Source: Planctomycetota bacterium
Lineage (GTDB): Bacteria; Planctomycetota; Planctomycetia; Pirellulales; Pirellulaceae
Length of the DNA stretch: 64,000 nt
Reading direction: 5' to 3'
NCBI GenBank assembly: GCA_039200505.1
Contig: JBCCSJ010000002.1
Span: 2,462 to 66,461, forward strand
The notes under the pieces were generated by a model. The model saw nothing but the letters and a program-made list of their open reading frames with translations. It made no database searches and was not told the DNA's origin. How positions within the stretch are numbered: position 1 is the stretch's first letter; every line of letters begins with the position of its first letter. The position numbers were made by a program, and so were the translations under genes. Shown here piece by piece: positions 17,824 to 27,115 of this stretch.

Positions 17824-18075
17824 CTAACGTTCGTCATGCATGATTCCTTCCTGCCCGGCAGGTAGATCTGCTGTGTTTGCGGCTGGCGGATCTTCCAAGG
17901 ACGGTGGTTCCGAACTCCCGCAGCCTACGAATCCGAGGAATATCAAACAGAAAAAGAGAACAAACAGTCTGTTAACTGAAAAATTCTGGGTGACAAGATT
18001 TGCGGATTTTTTCTGTTTAGAAACGAGGGCAAGGTTTTGTCGTTGCTCTTTTTTGCATCGTTTTGTAGTTTCCAT
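17824..18075 (-). CDS. small putative lipoprotein
   Basis: 83-aa ORF 64 nt upstream of the DUF1559 gene. Basic N-terminus, hydrophobic stretch ending in a lipobox-like LGFVGCG. The exact start is uncertain. Confidence 0.45.
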   Translation of the reverse strand: METTKRCKKEQRQNLALVSKQKKSANLVTQNFSVNRLFVLFFCLIFLGFVGCGSSEPPSLEDPPAANTADLPAGQEGIMHDER

Positions 18076-18592
18076 AGGGGGCTCGCATTCGTTGGGGGCA
18101 ATACAGCGATTGGTAGGTGGGCTGCCGTCAAAACGATTTACGTTCTAAAAATAAAAACCTAAGTTTGAATCTGAAGTTTTTTCTGCAGATCGCAGTTTGA
18201 TCCCCATTTGGGATTTCTAGGGGGACACTGGGGACATAAGAAAGAGTTTTCTTGACTCACGTTGGATGGTTGCCTACTCTTAAGCCGAAGGTTGACTTAA
18301 CGACCCAACCTTTCTCTTCACCCTCCCCTCCGTCGATTCGACATTCAATCCTTGGCGATTGAACTTTCCTGCCCAATCATCTTTTCATCCGCCATTTAAT
18401 CGGGGCACCAAAGTTTTAACGAACTTTTATTGACCCGACGATCGAAACGAGACCAGGTTTCCATCTGGGCTTTTATTCGTTTGTTTGCAGCCAACAGTAC
18501 TGGAATTTGGCGAAGTTCCGTTCAGAAGAAATCGCGTCATTGCGATAGCAAATCACTGTCCTTTTTTGGAAATGCGTTGGAGAAATATCTAA

Positions 18593-19177
18593 ATGAGCAC
18601 TGCATTTAATTGCCGCAGTTTGCTGCATCGATTGAAACGAAATATTCAGGATCAGGATGCTTGGAACGAATTTGTCAGCCGCTATCGAGCCAGTATTTTT
18701 CGCTGGTGTTTGGACCGCAATCTCGGTGAAGCGGATGCGCAAGATGTGACTCAGGAAATTTTCATTCGTCTGATTCGCAGCATTCAAACGTTCGAATACG
18801 ACCCTCAAAAATCGTTCCCTGCTTGGCTGAGGAGAATCACTGAGAATGCGATCATTGATTTTGTTCGAAGTCGAACCCGAAAGCTCTACTATCAAACTCT
18901 TTGCATCAGTGCTTTGACGAATGAACCGGTAGCTGGCGACTCCCACAGTGAACTGGCCGATCAATTTGATCTTGAGAAGCTTGAAGCGGCAAAAATTCGT
19001 ATCCAAAAAAGAGTAACGAAACGTCGTTGGCTTAGTTGGGATTTGATGACTCAGACCAGCATGACCGGCAAACAAGTCGCTCAACACTTGGGAGTTTCCG
19101 AAGCGACTGTGCACGCCAACAAAAATCAGGTTCAGAATTTAATCCGATCCGAATTACGTTTGATGGTTGAATGCTAA
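18593..19177 (+). CDS. ECF-type RNA polymerase sigma factor (no adjacent anti-sigma gene)
   Basis: Region 2 (FVSRYRASIFRWCLDRNLGEADAQDVTQEIFIRL...FPAWLRRITENAIIDFVRS) and region 4 HTH (TGKQVAQHLGVSEATVHANKNQV). Confidence 0.8.
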   Translation: MSTAFNCRSLLHRLKRNIQDQDAWNEFVSRYRASIFRWCLDRNLGEADAQDVTQEIFIRLIRSIQTFEYDPQKSFPAWLRRITENAIIDFVRSRTRKLYYQTLCISALTNEPVAGDSHSELADQFDLEKLEAAKIRIQKRVTKRRWLSWDLMTQTSMTGKQVAQHLGVSEATVHANKNQVQNLIRSELRLMVEC

Positions 19178-19220
19178 GTCAATCCAATTTCGAATGAGTA
19201 TGTGCAGTGCTGTGGGACTT

Positions 19221-20516
19221 TCATTGACTTTGGACCATGGCTCGCATGAACTCGATATAGCGGTCCCAATCCCAATCGGTAATGTTGTGTCTGCCTTTTC
19301 GGAGGTGATAGGAGACTGGCCCGATCGTGTGAGTTCCAGGTTCAGGAAATTCCGATAATTTCAATTCGGGGTAGCCGAGGTTGGAATAGAGTTGACTTGC
19401 CGATTTTGCTGACAGGAATTCACCTCTGGGATCGGCCCAGCGATCTTCGGACGCACTGGCAATGTAAATGGGCCGTCGAGCAATCAGGGAAAGCAATTGG
19501 TGTTGGTCCAACGGCAACGCATCTTCATTGCGGTTGTATTGTTTAAAGTTCTCACAAAACCAGTGCGGAAATGATTGATTGATCCGCCCCACGGTTTCTC
19601 CAAACCTGCGGCGACTTAGAGCAGCACCTCCACAGCCTGAATTGTTGGATATCGCTCCAGCAAACCGAGTGTCCGATGCTGCGGCCCAGAGAGACGTTTT
19701 TCCCAGTCGAGAATGGCCGATCACCACGACTCGATTTGGATCGACTTGGGGAACTTTCTGGATTAGGCCGTCAAGCAATCGGGACAATCCCCAGGCCCAG
19801 GCAGCAATGGTGCCCCAACGGTCGGGGTGATCCGGGCCGGGACGAAATTGAGGGAAAAGCGAGTGAACTCCGTTCTGGAATTGGTCGTCAAAGTCGGGGT
19901 CGATATCACCGCAGTAACAGGTCGCAACGCCCAATCCATTTTCGATCAGTTTTTCGATTGGCCAGCGTGATGCTGCTGTGCCTCGGCCTTTGTCGGTTGC
20001 TTTGTTTTGACTGACCCCCTTTTCAGCAGAGTTGCGTGACCAGGCCGAAGTGATGGCAATTTGTGGATCCTTCGAAACGGTATGATTTCCGAAGAAGTTC
20101 AAGCCGAGAAATAACGGAACCGGACGGTTGGGTTCAGCCGGAGTGTAAACCAAAAGGTCGATCGTATGGTTGGCGGCGTCTGTTTCAAGTTTGATACGAA
20201 TTTGTTGCCGGAGGGCTTTGCCTGCTAAACCGGGGCCTGATTCGACGATAGAATAAGAAGTGCGGTAAGCAAGATGGGTTGGCGGGAGTCCGTAAACTTG
20301 CTGTTGGAACAAACTTAAAAGTTCGGTTCTTCGATCCGCCCATTCCGAAATCGGGTCTTGGGAGGATGGTTTGAAGATGGGTGGCAAATCAAATTCTGGA
20401 ACTTTTGATTCGTCGTAGTTGGGGACAAACTTTTTTTGAGCGTGCACCTGAGCAGCCCCTGTCGAAATGATGGTCAAAAGTAAACAAATAGTCCGAACCA
20501 GATGGATGATATACAT
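19221..20516 (-). CDS. CE15-like glucuronoyl esterase / alpha-beta hydrolase, secreted
   Basis: Signal peptide from ATG 20516 (MYIIHLVRTICLLLTIISTGAAQVHA). Nucleophile motif GHSRLGK followed by SNNSGCGGAALSRRRFGE, the pattern seen in bacterial 4-O-methyl-glucuronoyl methylesterases. Confidence 0.65.
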   Translation of the reverse strand: MYIIHLVRTICLLLTIISTGAAQVHAQKKFVPNYDESKVPEFDLPPIFKPSSQDPISEWADRRTELLSLFQQQVYGLPPTHLAYRTSYSIVESGPGLAGKALRQQIRIKLETDAANHTIDLLVYTPAEPNRPVPLFLGLNFFGNHTVSKDPQIAITSAWSRNSAEKGVSQNKATDKGRGTAASRWPIEKLIENGLGVATCYCGDIDPDFDDQFQNGVHSLFPQFRPGPDHPDRWGTIAAWAWGLSRLLDGLIQKVPQVDPNRVVVIGHSRLGKTSLWAAASDTRFAGAISNNSGCGGAALSRRRFGETVGRINQSFPHWFCENFKQYNRNEDALPLDQHQLLSLIARRPIYIASASEDRWADPRGEFLSAKSASQLYSNLGYPELKLSEFPEPGTHTIGPVSYHLRKGRHNITDWDWDRYIEFMRAMVQSQ

Positions 20517-20791
20517 GGTCGCATTTTGGGTTGAACAGAGATTCGCCAGTGATCCAATCAAAATGATGATAGAAACAAGGCGTCCGTTTTTGTGTTGATG
20601 TTGATTAGAAAAAACGATGAAAAAAGGTGATGGGGCCTGTTGGTAACTTCACCTCGTCGAGATGATTCTGGCCAAAATTAGCTTGCCTTTACTGTATCCT
20701 CTTCGGGCGGCTTTCGCGAAAGCGGGTCCACCGATCTTCGCTAACCTGTGATGACGTTCGGCAGGTTTGAGGTTGTCGCAAAGAAACCGGA

Positions 20792-21406
20792 ATGTGGACG
20801 GCGATTTTGCTCTTTTTTGGCATCCCCGTCAGCGCTTATACTGCTTCGTTTGCCGAAGGACGCTCTGTTTTCCTGTTAGCGATGCTCCATCATATTTACC
20901 TGTTTTTGACACTGGCTACCAGTTGGTTACTTTGGTCGGGCCACTTTGACAACTACTTTATCCTGGCTTTGGGACTGTTGTCGGTGTTGTTGTGTTTGTG
21001 GGTATGTCGACGAATGAGAATCGTGGATGAAGAAACGATACCCGTGATGTTGGCGATTCGAGGATTATTGACTTACGTCCCCTATCTGATTCGGGAGATA
21101 GTGGTTTCTAATCTTGAAGTGACCAAGATTATTCTGTCTCGCAAGATGCCGCTTCAACGAAACATGATCGAAGTCGAAGCCGGACAGAAAACGGAATTGG
21201 GCAAAGTCATTTTCGCAAATTCAATTACTTTGACCCCCGGGACTGTTTCGGTAAGCACTCAAAAGGATCGAATCCTGGTTCATGCACTCTCGTTTGCAGG
21301 CGCCGAAGAGGACTTGTCGGGAGACATGGATCGTCGAGTCAGAAAGCTTGAAAATAAACCGAAGAATCCTGTATCGGATTCAATTCAACAGGAGACCAAG
21401 AACTGA
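20792..21406 (+). CDS. mrpE: Mrp/Mnh cation:proton antiporter subunit E
   Basis: Two N-terminal TM helices and the MnhE-like core (LIREIVVSNLEVTKIIL...ITLTPGTVSV). An internal ATG at 20882 is an alternative start. First gene of an overlapping operon. Confidence 0.75.
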   Translation: MWTAILLFFGIPVSAYTASFAEGRSVFLLAMLHHIYLFLTLATSWLLWSGHFDNYFILALGLLSVLLCLWVCRRMRIVDEETIPVMLAIRGLLTYVPYLIREIVVSNLEVTKIILSRKMPLQRNMIEVEAGQKTELGKVIFANSITLTPGTVSVSTQKDRILVHALSFAGAEEDLSGDMDRRVRKLENKPKNPVSDSIQQETKN

Positions 21407-21735
21407 TGCTGGTTCACGGAGCACTGATCGTGACTGCGGTATCGATCCTGATAACAATGACGTTGGCATTTGTCCGGGCTCGTTTGGGGCCAACGATTTT
21501 TGACCGCGTTTTGGCATTGAATATGTTTGGAACCAAAACGGTGTTATTGATTTGCGTAGTGGGCTTCTTGCCAGTTTTCGATCGTACCGACTTTTTGGAC
21601 CTCGCACTTCTTTATAGTTTGATGAACTTTATCGGAATGGTCGCCCTATTAAGATTTTCCGAGTACGGCAGCTTTCGAGTCGAAAACCGAACCCATGAAG
21701 GACATGGTAAAACCGGAATCGGGGGTGGGGCGTGA
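21406..21735 (+). CDS. mrpF: Mrp antiporter subunit F
   Basis: 109 aa, 3 TM, MnhF-type motif RARLGPTIFDRVLALN. Start abuts the mrpE stop. Confidence 0.75.
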   Translation: MLVHGALIVTAVSILITMTLAFVRARLGPTIFDRVLALNMFGTKTVLLICVVGFLPVFDRTDFLDLALLYSLMNFIGMVALLRFSEYGSFRVENRTHEGHGKTGIGGGA

Positions 21736-22076
21736 TCGTACTCGAGTTGATCGCTTGTTTGTTTGTTTTAACGGGCTCTTTTTTTTCAATTGTTGGTGGT
21801 ATCGGAATTGTTCGTCTGCCAGAGTTTTATTCTCGCCTGCATGGTGGCGGGATTACCGACACTCTTGGTGCGGGTTTGATTGTCATTGGTTTGATGATGC
21901 TGGGGCTGGCAAGGTGGGAACTGCTAACGTCAGCCAAACTGGCTATCATTCTGTTTTTCTTGTCGGTTACCAGTCCGGCGTCGTGTCATGCGTTAGCGAA
22001 ATCTGCATTGGTCCAAGGGCTGAAACCTGAACTTGAAATCAATACCCTCGATTCCAACAGGAAGTCGAAGGTGTAG
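21732..22076 (+). CDS. mrpG: Mrp antiporter subunit G
   Basis: 114 aa. MnhG signature GGIGIVRLPEFYSRLHGGGITDTLG. 4-nt overlap with mrpF. Confidence 0.8.
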   Translation: MIVLELIACLFVLTGSFFSIVGGIGIVRLPEFYSRLHGGGITDTLGAGLIVIGLMMLGLARWELLTSAKLAIILFFLSVTSPASCHALAKSALVQGLKPELEINTLDSNRKSKV

Positions 22077-22078
22077 GC

Positions 22079-22693
22079 ATGATCGATTTTATTGTGATCC
22101 CGATCCTGACGCTGCTTGCTTTAACCGCGTTGACGGTGGCCAGAATTAAAAACCTGTGGGCGGCTGTGATGTTCACAGGGATCTACAGTTTTCTTGGGGC
22201 CAGTTGGATGTTAATTCTTGACGCCCCAGATGTCGCATTCACCGAAGCTGCGGTGGGTGCCGGTGTGTCAACAATTTTGATGCTGGCGACGTTGGCGTTG
22301 ACTCCTCGTAAACGACATAAAGATGGGCATTTGGAGAGTGCTGATTTTGAAGAAAAACCACCCAAGCGATCTCCTTTTTGGGCCTTGAGTGTGGTTCTGA
22401 TTACTGGATGCGCTCTGGTTTATGGAACACTCGATATGCCTGCTTTTGGAGACCCAAACGCACCGATTCAAGTCTATCCGGATCCCTCTTTTGTCGAAAA
22501 ATCCCAGCCTGATATGCACGGTTTGCCCAACGTGGTGACTGCCGTCTTGGCAAGCTACCGAGGGTACGACACTCTAGGTGAAACCGCCGTCATTTTTACT
22601 GCAGGAATCGCAGTTTTGTTGATTTTGCGAAAATCGACTGCAGAAGACGAAGCGTTTATTTCGTCGATGAGCAAGGGGGAAAAGGGTGAATAA
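22079..22693 (+). CDS. MrpA C-terminal-like subunit (DUF4040/MbhD-like plus MnhB-like segment)
   Basis: LILDAPDVAFTEAAVGAGVSTILMLA matches the DUF4040/MbhD motif. The C-terminal VVTAVLASYRGYDTLGETAVIFTAG resembles the MnhB N-terminal motif. Confidence 0.7.
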   Translation: MIDFIVIPILTLLALTALTVARIKNLWAAVMFTGIYSFLGASWMLILDAPDVAFTEAAVGAGVSTILMLATLALTPRKRHKDGHLESADFEEKPPKRSPFWALSVVLITGCALVYGTLDMPAFGDPNAPIQVYPDPSFVEKSQPDMHGLPNVVTAVLASYRGYDTLGETAVIFTAGIAVLLILRKSTAEDEAFISSMSKGEKGE

Positions 22694-23156
22694 CTTTCCG
22701 ATCATTCGAGTGATCTCGAAAATCTTGATTCCCTACATTTTACTGTTCGCACTTTACGTTCAGTTTCATGGTGATTTTGGTCCCGGTGGTGGATTTCAGG
22801 CAGGTGTGATTTTTGCCGCCGCTTTGATTTTGTATGGCCTAGTGTTTGGGTTACCGAGCGTCTACGAAGTGGCTCCGCCTAAGGTGGTTGAAAAGCTGAT
22901 CGCCCTTGGGTTGGTGATTTATGCCGGTACGGGTGTCGCATGCATGGTATTGCAGGGTAATTTCCTGGATTACAACCAACTTAAACATAACACCTTGACG
23001 GATTTACCCGCCTACATCGGTGAAGGGACCTTTCATTTTCTTCCGTCTGACCAACACCTCGGAATCTTTCTGGTTGAACTGGGAGTTGGAATCACAGTCA
23101 CCGCTGTCATGACCATGATTTTTTATTCGTTCGCAGGACGCGAGGTGGTGGAATGA
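22686..23156 (+). CDS. mrpB: Mrp antiporter subunit B-like (MnhB/MbhE-like)
   Basis: 156 aa, 4 TM. HGDFGPGGGFQAGVIFAAALILY is the MnhB-family PGGGFQ motif. 8-nt overlap with the upstream gene. Confidence 0.75.
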   Translation: MNNFPIIRVISKILIPYILLFALYVQFHGDFGPGGGFQAGVIFAAALILYGLVFGLPSVYEVAPPKVVEKLIALGLVIYAGTGVACMVLQGNFLDYNQLKHNTLTDLPAYIGEGTFHFLPSDQHLGIFLVELGVGITVTAVMTMIFYSFAGREVVE

Positions 23157-23818
23157 GCTTGGATCAGGCTCTTGGGCTGTATAACTATTGGATTGTTATA
23201 TTCTTGATGATGACAGGGTTTTATATCGTCATCTCAAGTCAAAATTTAATCAAAACGATTATCGGGCTCAATATCTTTCAAACTTCCGTTTTTCTGTTGT
23301 ATATCACGATGGGGAAAGTTGCAGGCGGAACGGCTCCGATTATTCAAGGAGGGCATGGCGACCACGGGCACGGGCATGATCAATCTCACGATGCCAATCA
23401 TTCCCATCATGTCGTCGATCACGTTGATTCCGGTCAGCTACAAACAGGATCCGAATCTTTCGGCGAAAAAGCGAACGCGGAGTTGGGCATGGGCCATGAA
23501 CACGACCATTCGGCGACGATGCAAGAAGTTGCAGCGGGCCAAACCGCTGAAACGGGTGAACTGATTCAGGAAGCAGGTGAAGTTGTCGGATATGCCGACA
23601 ATGATGCGGCAGCGGTGGCAGGCGAATTGCTTCCGACTGGACCAGTGGAAACGATTGAAAAGATCTACTCCAACCCTCTTCCCAGTGTGTTGATGTTGAC
23701 GGCGATTGTGGTGGGAATTGCGACCACCGCCTTGGCTTTGGCTTTGATTGTCCGGATTCGAGAAGAGTACGGGACGATTGAAGAAGACGAAATTCTTGAG
23801 TTGGATAAAGCCGCGTGA
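23153..23818 (+). CDS. mrpC: Mrp antiporter subunit C (NuoK-like) carrying a ~100-aa His/Asp/Glu-rich insertion
   Basis: N-terminal two TM with NLIKTIIGLNIFQTSVFLLYI, and a C-terminal TM with NPLPSVLMLTAIVVGIATTALALAL. Together these are the NuoK/MnhC core, but they are split by residues ~66-170 (GGHGDHGHGHDQSHDANHSHHVVDH...GHEHDH...). Confidence 0.8.
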   Translation: MSLDQALGLYNYWIVIFLMMTGFYIVISSQNLIKTIIGLNIFQTSVFLLYITMGKVAGGTAPIIQGGHGDHGHGHDQSHDANHSHHVVDHVDSGQLQTGSESFGEKANAELGMGHEHDHSATMQEVAAGQTAETGELIQEAGEVVGYADNDAAAVAGELLPTGPVETIEKIYSNPLPSVLMLTAIVVGIATTALALALIVRIREEYGTIEEDEILELDKAA

Positions 23819-25314
23819 TTCAAGAACAATTGCCCATTCTATTGATTATTCTTCCGTTGCTGGCGGCGCCCCTGTTGGTGCTAATTGGCAATCGGAGACT
23901 CTGTTATCTGGTTTCATTGATTGTGGCGTGGCTGGTTTTTTTGATATCGAACGCTTTGCTGGTCGGCGTCATTCAAACGGGTCCAATTCGATACGAGATG
24001 GGTGGCTGGCCTTCTCCGTATGGCATTGAATATGTTGTCGACTATTTAAGTGCGTTTGTGATGCTATTCGTTTCTGGATTGGGTGCAATTGTGTTGACCT
24101 ATGCTCCAGCCAGTATTCAGCAAGAGATCCCACTTTCGAAACACTACCTGTTTTTTGCCACTTTCTTGCTATGCATGACGGGGCTGCTTGGTATGTGCAT
24201 CACGGGTGACCTGTTCAACGTTTTTGTTTTTCTTGAAATCAGTTCGCTAGCCAGTTACGCGCTGATCAGTCTGGGAAAAACTCGAAGGGCACCTTTGGCG
24301 GCGGTTCACTACTTGATTTTAGGGACGATCGGGGCGACATTTTTTCTGATCGGGATTGGGCTGCTTTATCAGATGACCGGGACGCTCAACATGGCCGACA
24401 TCGCGGCTCGGTTAGAACCCAACATCGGCAACCGAACGTCTTTGGTCGCATTTGCATTTATGACGGTCGGGCTATGCATCAAGATGGCGGTTTTTCCGCT
24501 GCACACCTGGCTTCCCAATGCCTACACCTACGCTCCTTCGGCGGTAACGAGCTTTATCGCAGCAACGGCAACCAAGGTATCGGTCTATGCGTTCATTCGA
24601 CTGGTCTTTCGGATTTTTTCACCTAGTTTCGCGTTTGAAACACTACCCCTGGATCAAGCTTTGATGATTTTCTCGTTGGTTGGGATCTTTGTGGCTTCGA
24701 CAGCGGCAGTTTTTCAATCCAACATCAAACGGTTGTTGGCTTTTTCGAGTGTGGCCCAAATCGGATATATGCTGTTGGGAATCAGCATGGCGAACGTCAA
24801 CGGTTTGTCGGCCGGAATTGCTCACATGTTCAATCATGCCTTGATTAAGGGAGGGTTGTTCATGGTCGTCGGTTGTTTTGCACTGCGGCTTGGATCTCTC
24901 AAGATTGAGGACATGAAGGGCGCGGGCAAGACGATGCCTTGGACTTCGTTTGCCTGGGTAGTAGGTGGGCTTGGATTGATCGGTGTTCCACTAACTGCCG
25001 GGTTTGTCAGTAAATGGTTATTGCTGACGGCGGCGATGGATAACAACTGGTTTCATGTCGCAGTTCTGATGTTGTTAAGTTCACTTTTGGCTGTGGTTTA
25101 CGTCTGGCGGGTCGTTGAGACGCTCTATTTTGAGGAACCTTCCGCGAAGGCGCGGATCGCGAAAGAGGCGCCTGTTTCGATGTTGATACCTACTTACATC
25201 GTCATCGGAGCAACATTGCTGTTTGGATGTTGGACCGTTTATTCAGCTGAACTGGCTCGGCTGGCGGCTGAGTCGTTGTTAATCGCTGCCGATTCGGGGG
25301 TGATGACACGATGA
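23815..25314 (+). CDS. mrpD: Mrp subunit D-like, NuoN/NuoM-type proton-conducting membrane subunit (1 of 3)
   Basis: 499 aa, ~14 TM, antiporter-like core (FPLHTWLPNAYTYAPSAVTSFIAATATKVSVY; AFSSVAQIGYMLLG; HMFNHALIKGGLFM). 4-nt overlap on both sides. Confidence 0.85.
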   Translation: MIQEQLPILLIILPLLAAPLLVLIGNRRLCYLVSLIVAWLVFLISNALLVGVIQTGPIRYEMGGWPSPYGIEYVVDYLSAFVMLFVSGLGAIVLTYAPASIQQEIPLSKHYLFFATFLLCMTGLLGMCITGDLFNVFVFLEISSLASYALISLGKTRRAPLAAVHYLILGTIGATFFLIGIGLLYQMTGTLNMADIAARLEPNIGNRTSLVAFAFMTVGLCIKMAVFPLHTWLPNAYTYAPSAVTSFIAATATKVSVYAFIRLVFRIFSPSFAFETLPLDQALMIFSLVGIFVASTAAVFQSNIKRLLAFSSVAQIGYMLLGISMANVNGLSAGIAHMFNHALIKGGLFMVVGCFALRLGSLKIEDMKGAGKTMPWTSFAWVVGGLGLIGVPLTAGFVSKWLLLTAAMDNNWFHVAVLMLLSSLLAVVYVWRVVETLYFEEPSAKARIAKEAPVSMLIPTYIVIGATLLFGCWTVYSAELARLAAESLLIAADSGVMTR

Positions 25315-26804
25315 CCCCTGAAATGATGATCTGGGTTTCTTTGTTGATGCCATTGGTGGCATTTGTGTTGGTTTGGCTGTTCGGAAATCAGCCCAACATT
25401 AGAGAAGCTTGCTCGATTGCGACATCCAATATTCTGTTTGGAATCACCTGTGTCCTGGCCAATCATGTTTTTGCCGGAAACCGACCGGAATGGAATCTGG
25501 GTACGATGATGCCTGGGTTTGATATTTCGTTTCAGGTGGAACCATTGGGGATGGTGTTTGCGTTGGTTGCGTCAGGTCTTTGGATTCTGACTACCATCTA
25601 CGCGATTGGCTATATGCGCGGTCACAATGAGACCAATCAGACTCGTTTTTTCAGCTGTTTTGCGGTTGCGATTTTTGCCGCGTTGAGTGCTGCCTATGCC
25701 AAGAATCTATTTACGTTGTTCGTCGCCTATGAAGTGATGACCATTTCGACTTATCCGTTAGTGACCCATCACGGAAATGAAAAAGCAAAACAGGGCGGCC
25801 GAGTCTATTTAGGCATCTTACTTTCAACATCGGTTGCGTTTTTTATGCTTGCCGTTGCCTGGACCTGGAATGTCGCTGGTACACTCGATTTCAAACCGGG
25901 AGGGATTCTGACCGCGGCTCAGCTATCTGGAAAAATTACCAATTTTCAACTTGCCGTTTTGTTGGGGTTGTTCGTTTACGGGATCGGCAAAGCGGCTTTG
26001 ATGCCATTTCACCGCTGGCTACCGGCTGCCATGGTTGCTCCAACGCCAGTCAGTGCCCTGTTGCACGCAGTGGCCGTCGTCAAGGTTGGCGTTTTTTCGG
26101 TGCTGAAAGTGGTAGTCTATATTTTCGGAATTGACCTGATTCAATTGACCCAAGTCGGTGAATTGGGGCAATACGGGATGAGCAGTTGGCTCTGCTATAT
26201 CGCCGGGGCGACGATTTTGCTCGCTTCGTTGGTAGCAATGACCAAAGACAATTTAAAAGCTCGGCTTGCCTATTCGACGATCAGTCAACTCGCCTATATC
26301 ACCTTGGCTGCTGGGCTTGCAACACCCGATAGCGTGATCGGTGGCGGGATGCACATCGTGATGCACGCCGTCGGTAAAATCACTTTGTTTTTTTGTGCGG
26401 GGGCGATCTATGTCGGAGCACACAAAACGGATATCAGTGACATGCGAGGGCTGGGCCGGGCGATGCCTTTGACGTTTGGTGCCTTTTTCATCGCCAGTTT
26501 GAGCATCATTGGAGTCCCGCCGTGCGGGGGATCGTGGAGCAAATGGTTTTTGGCGATCGCCACCGTGGATGAGGGACATTTGTGGCTGACTGCAACGTTG
26601 ATGATCAGTTCCTTGCTGAACATCGCCTACCTGATTCCCATTTCTGTTCGAGCTTTTATGACGCCAGCAAGGATGGAACCGATGAAATTTAAAGAAGCAC
26701 CCATGATGTGCGTCGTTCCGTTATGCATCACGGCAGTGGGTAGTGTTGCCTTGTTCTTTTTCGCCGAAGGCATCTGGAGTGCACTTCTGCCTATCGTTCA
26801 GTAA
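25311..26804 (+). CDS. Mrp subunit D-like, NuoM/NuoN-type membrane subunit (2 of 3)
   Basis: 497 aa. Motifs MPFHRWLPAAMVAPTPVSALLHAVAVVKVGVF, AYSTISQLAYITL, HAVGKITLFFCAG. Confidence 0.85.
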   Translation: MTPEMMIWVSLLMPLVAFVLVWLFGNQPNIREACSIATSNILFGITCVLANHVFAGNRPEWNLGTMMPGFDISFQVEPLGMVFALVASGLWILTTIYAIGYMRGHNETNQTRFFSCFAVAIFAALSAAYAKNLFTLFVAYEVMTISTYPLVTHHGNEKAKQGGRVYLGILLSTSVAFFMLAVAWTWNVAGTLDFKPGGILTAAQLSGKITNFQLAVLLGLFVYGIGKAALMPFHRWLPAAMVAPTPVSALLHAVAVVKVGVFSVLKVVVYIFGIDLIQLTQVGELGQYGMSSWLCYIAGATILLASLVAMTKDNLKARLAYSTISQLAYITLAAGLATPDSVIGGGMHIVMHAVGKITLFFCAGAIYVGAHKTDISDMRGLGRAMPLTFGAFFIASLSIIGVPPCGGSWSKWFLAIATVDEGHLWLTATLMISSLLNIAYLIPISVRAFMTPARMEPMKFKEAPMMCVVPLCITAVGSVALFFFAEGIWSALLPIVQ

Positions 26805-26821
26805 TTTTAATTGTCCGAGTC

Positions 26822-27115
26822 ATGGATCCGCAGCAAACCAAAAAAGAAGCGACAGAACTAAGCTGGGCTGAACGAAATGTCAAATGGATCGGCACCGGTC
26901 TGATCGTCGCATGCGTTCTGACGGTCGTGGTTCAGTTGTTATGCGGTCCCGTTCTGCCAGCGATGTTTGACGAAAAACATAAAGCTCATTTTGAAGTCGA
27001 AAACTTTCCAGGGTTTCAGGCGATCTTTGGATTTGCTGCTTTTGTCATCATTGTCTACCTCGGGAAATTGCTGCGATTGTTCGTGATGAGGGAGGAAAAC
27101 TATTATGATTCCTAG
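26822..27115 (+). CDS. small 2-TM membrane protein embedded in the mrp operon (unknown subunit)
   Basis: 97-aa ORF, two hydrophobic helices. It starts 18 nt after the previous stop, and its 3' end overlaps the next gene by 11 nt. Confidence 0.55.
   Translation: MDPQQTKKEATELSWAERNVKWIGTGLIVACVLTVVVQLLCGPVLPAMFDEKHKAHFEVENFPGFQAIFGFAAFVIIVYLGKLLRLFVMREENYYDS

Noticed and set aside
18076-18592. Possible structured ncRNA (RNase P, tmRNA, SRP, riboswitch) in the long divergent spacer
   Set aside because: I found no conserved signature sequences of these RNAs and no strong extended helices by eye. It is left as unexplained non-coding DNA and mentioned only under the DUF1559/ECF finding.
18473-19114. 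213-aa minus-strand ORF overlapping the second ECF sigma gene
   Set aside because: The plus-strand frame carries clear sigma-70 region 2 and region 4 motifs. The minus-strand product has none, so I judge it an antisense shadow ORF.
20686-20693. TACTGTAT half-site upstream of the mrp operon, similar to one arm of the palindrome at 34356
   Set aside because: Only one arm is present, with no inverted partner at N6-N8 spacing. A single 8-mer is not significant on its own.
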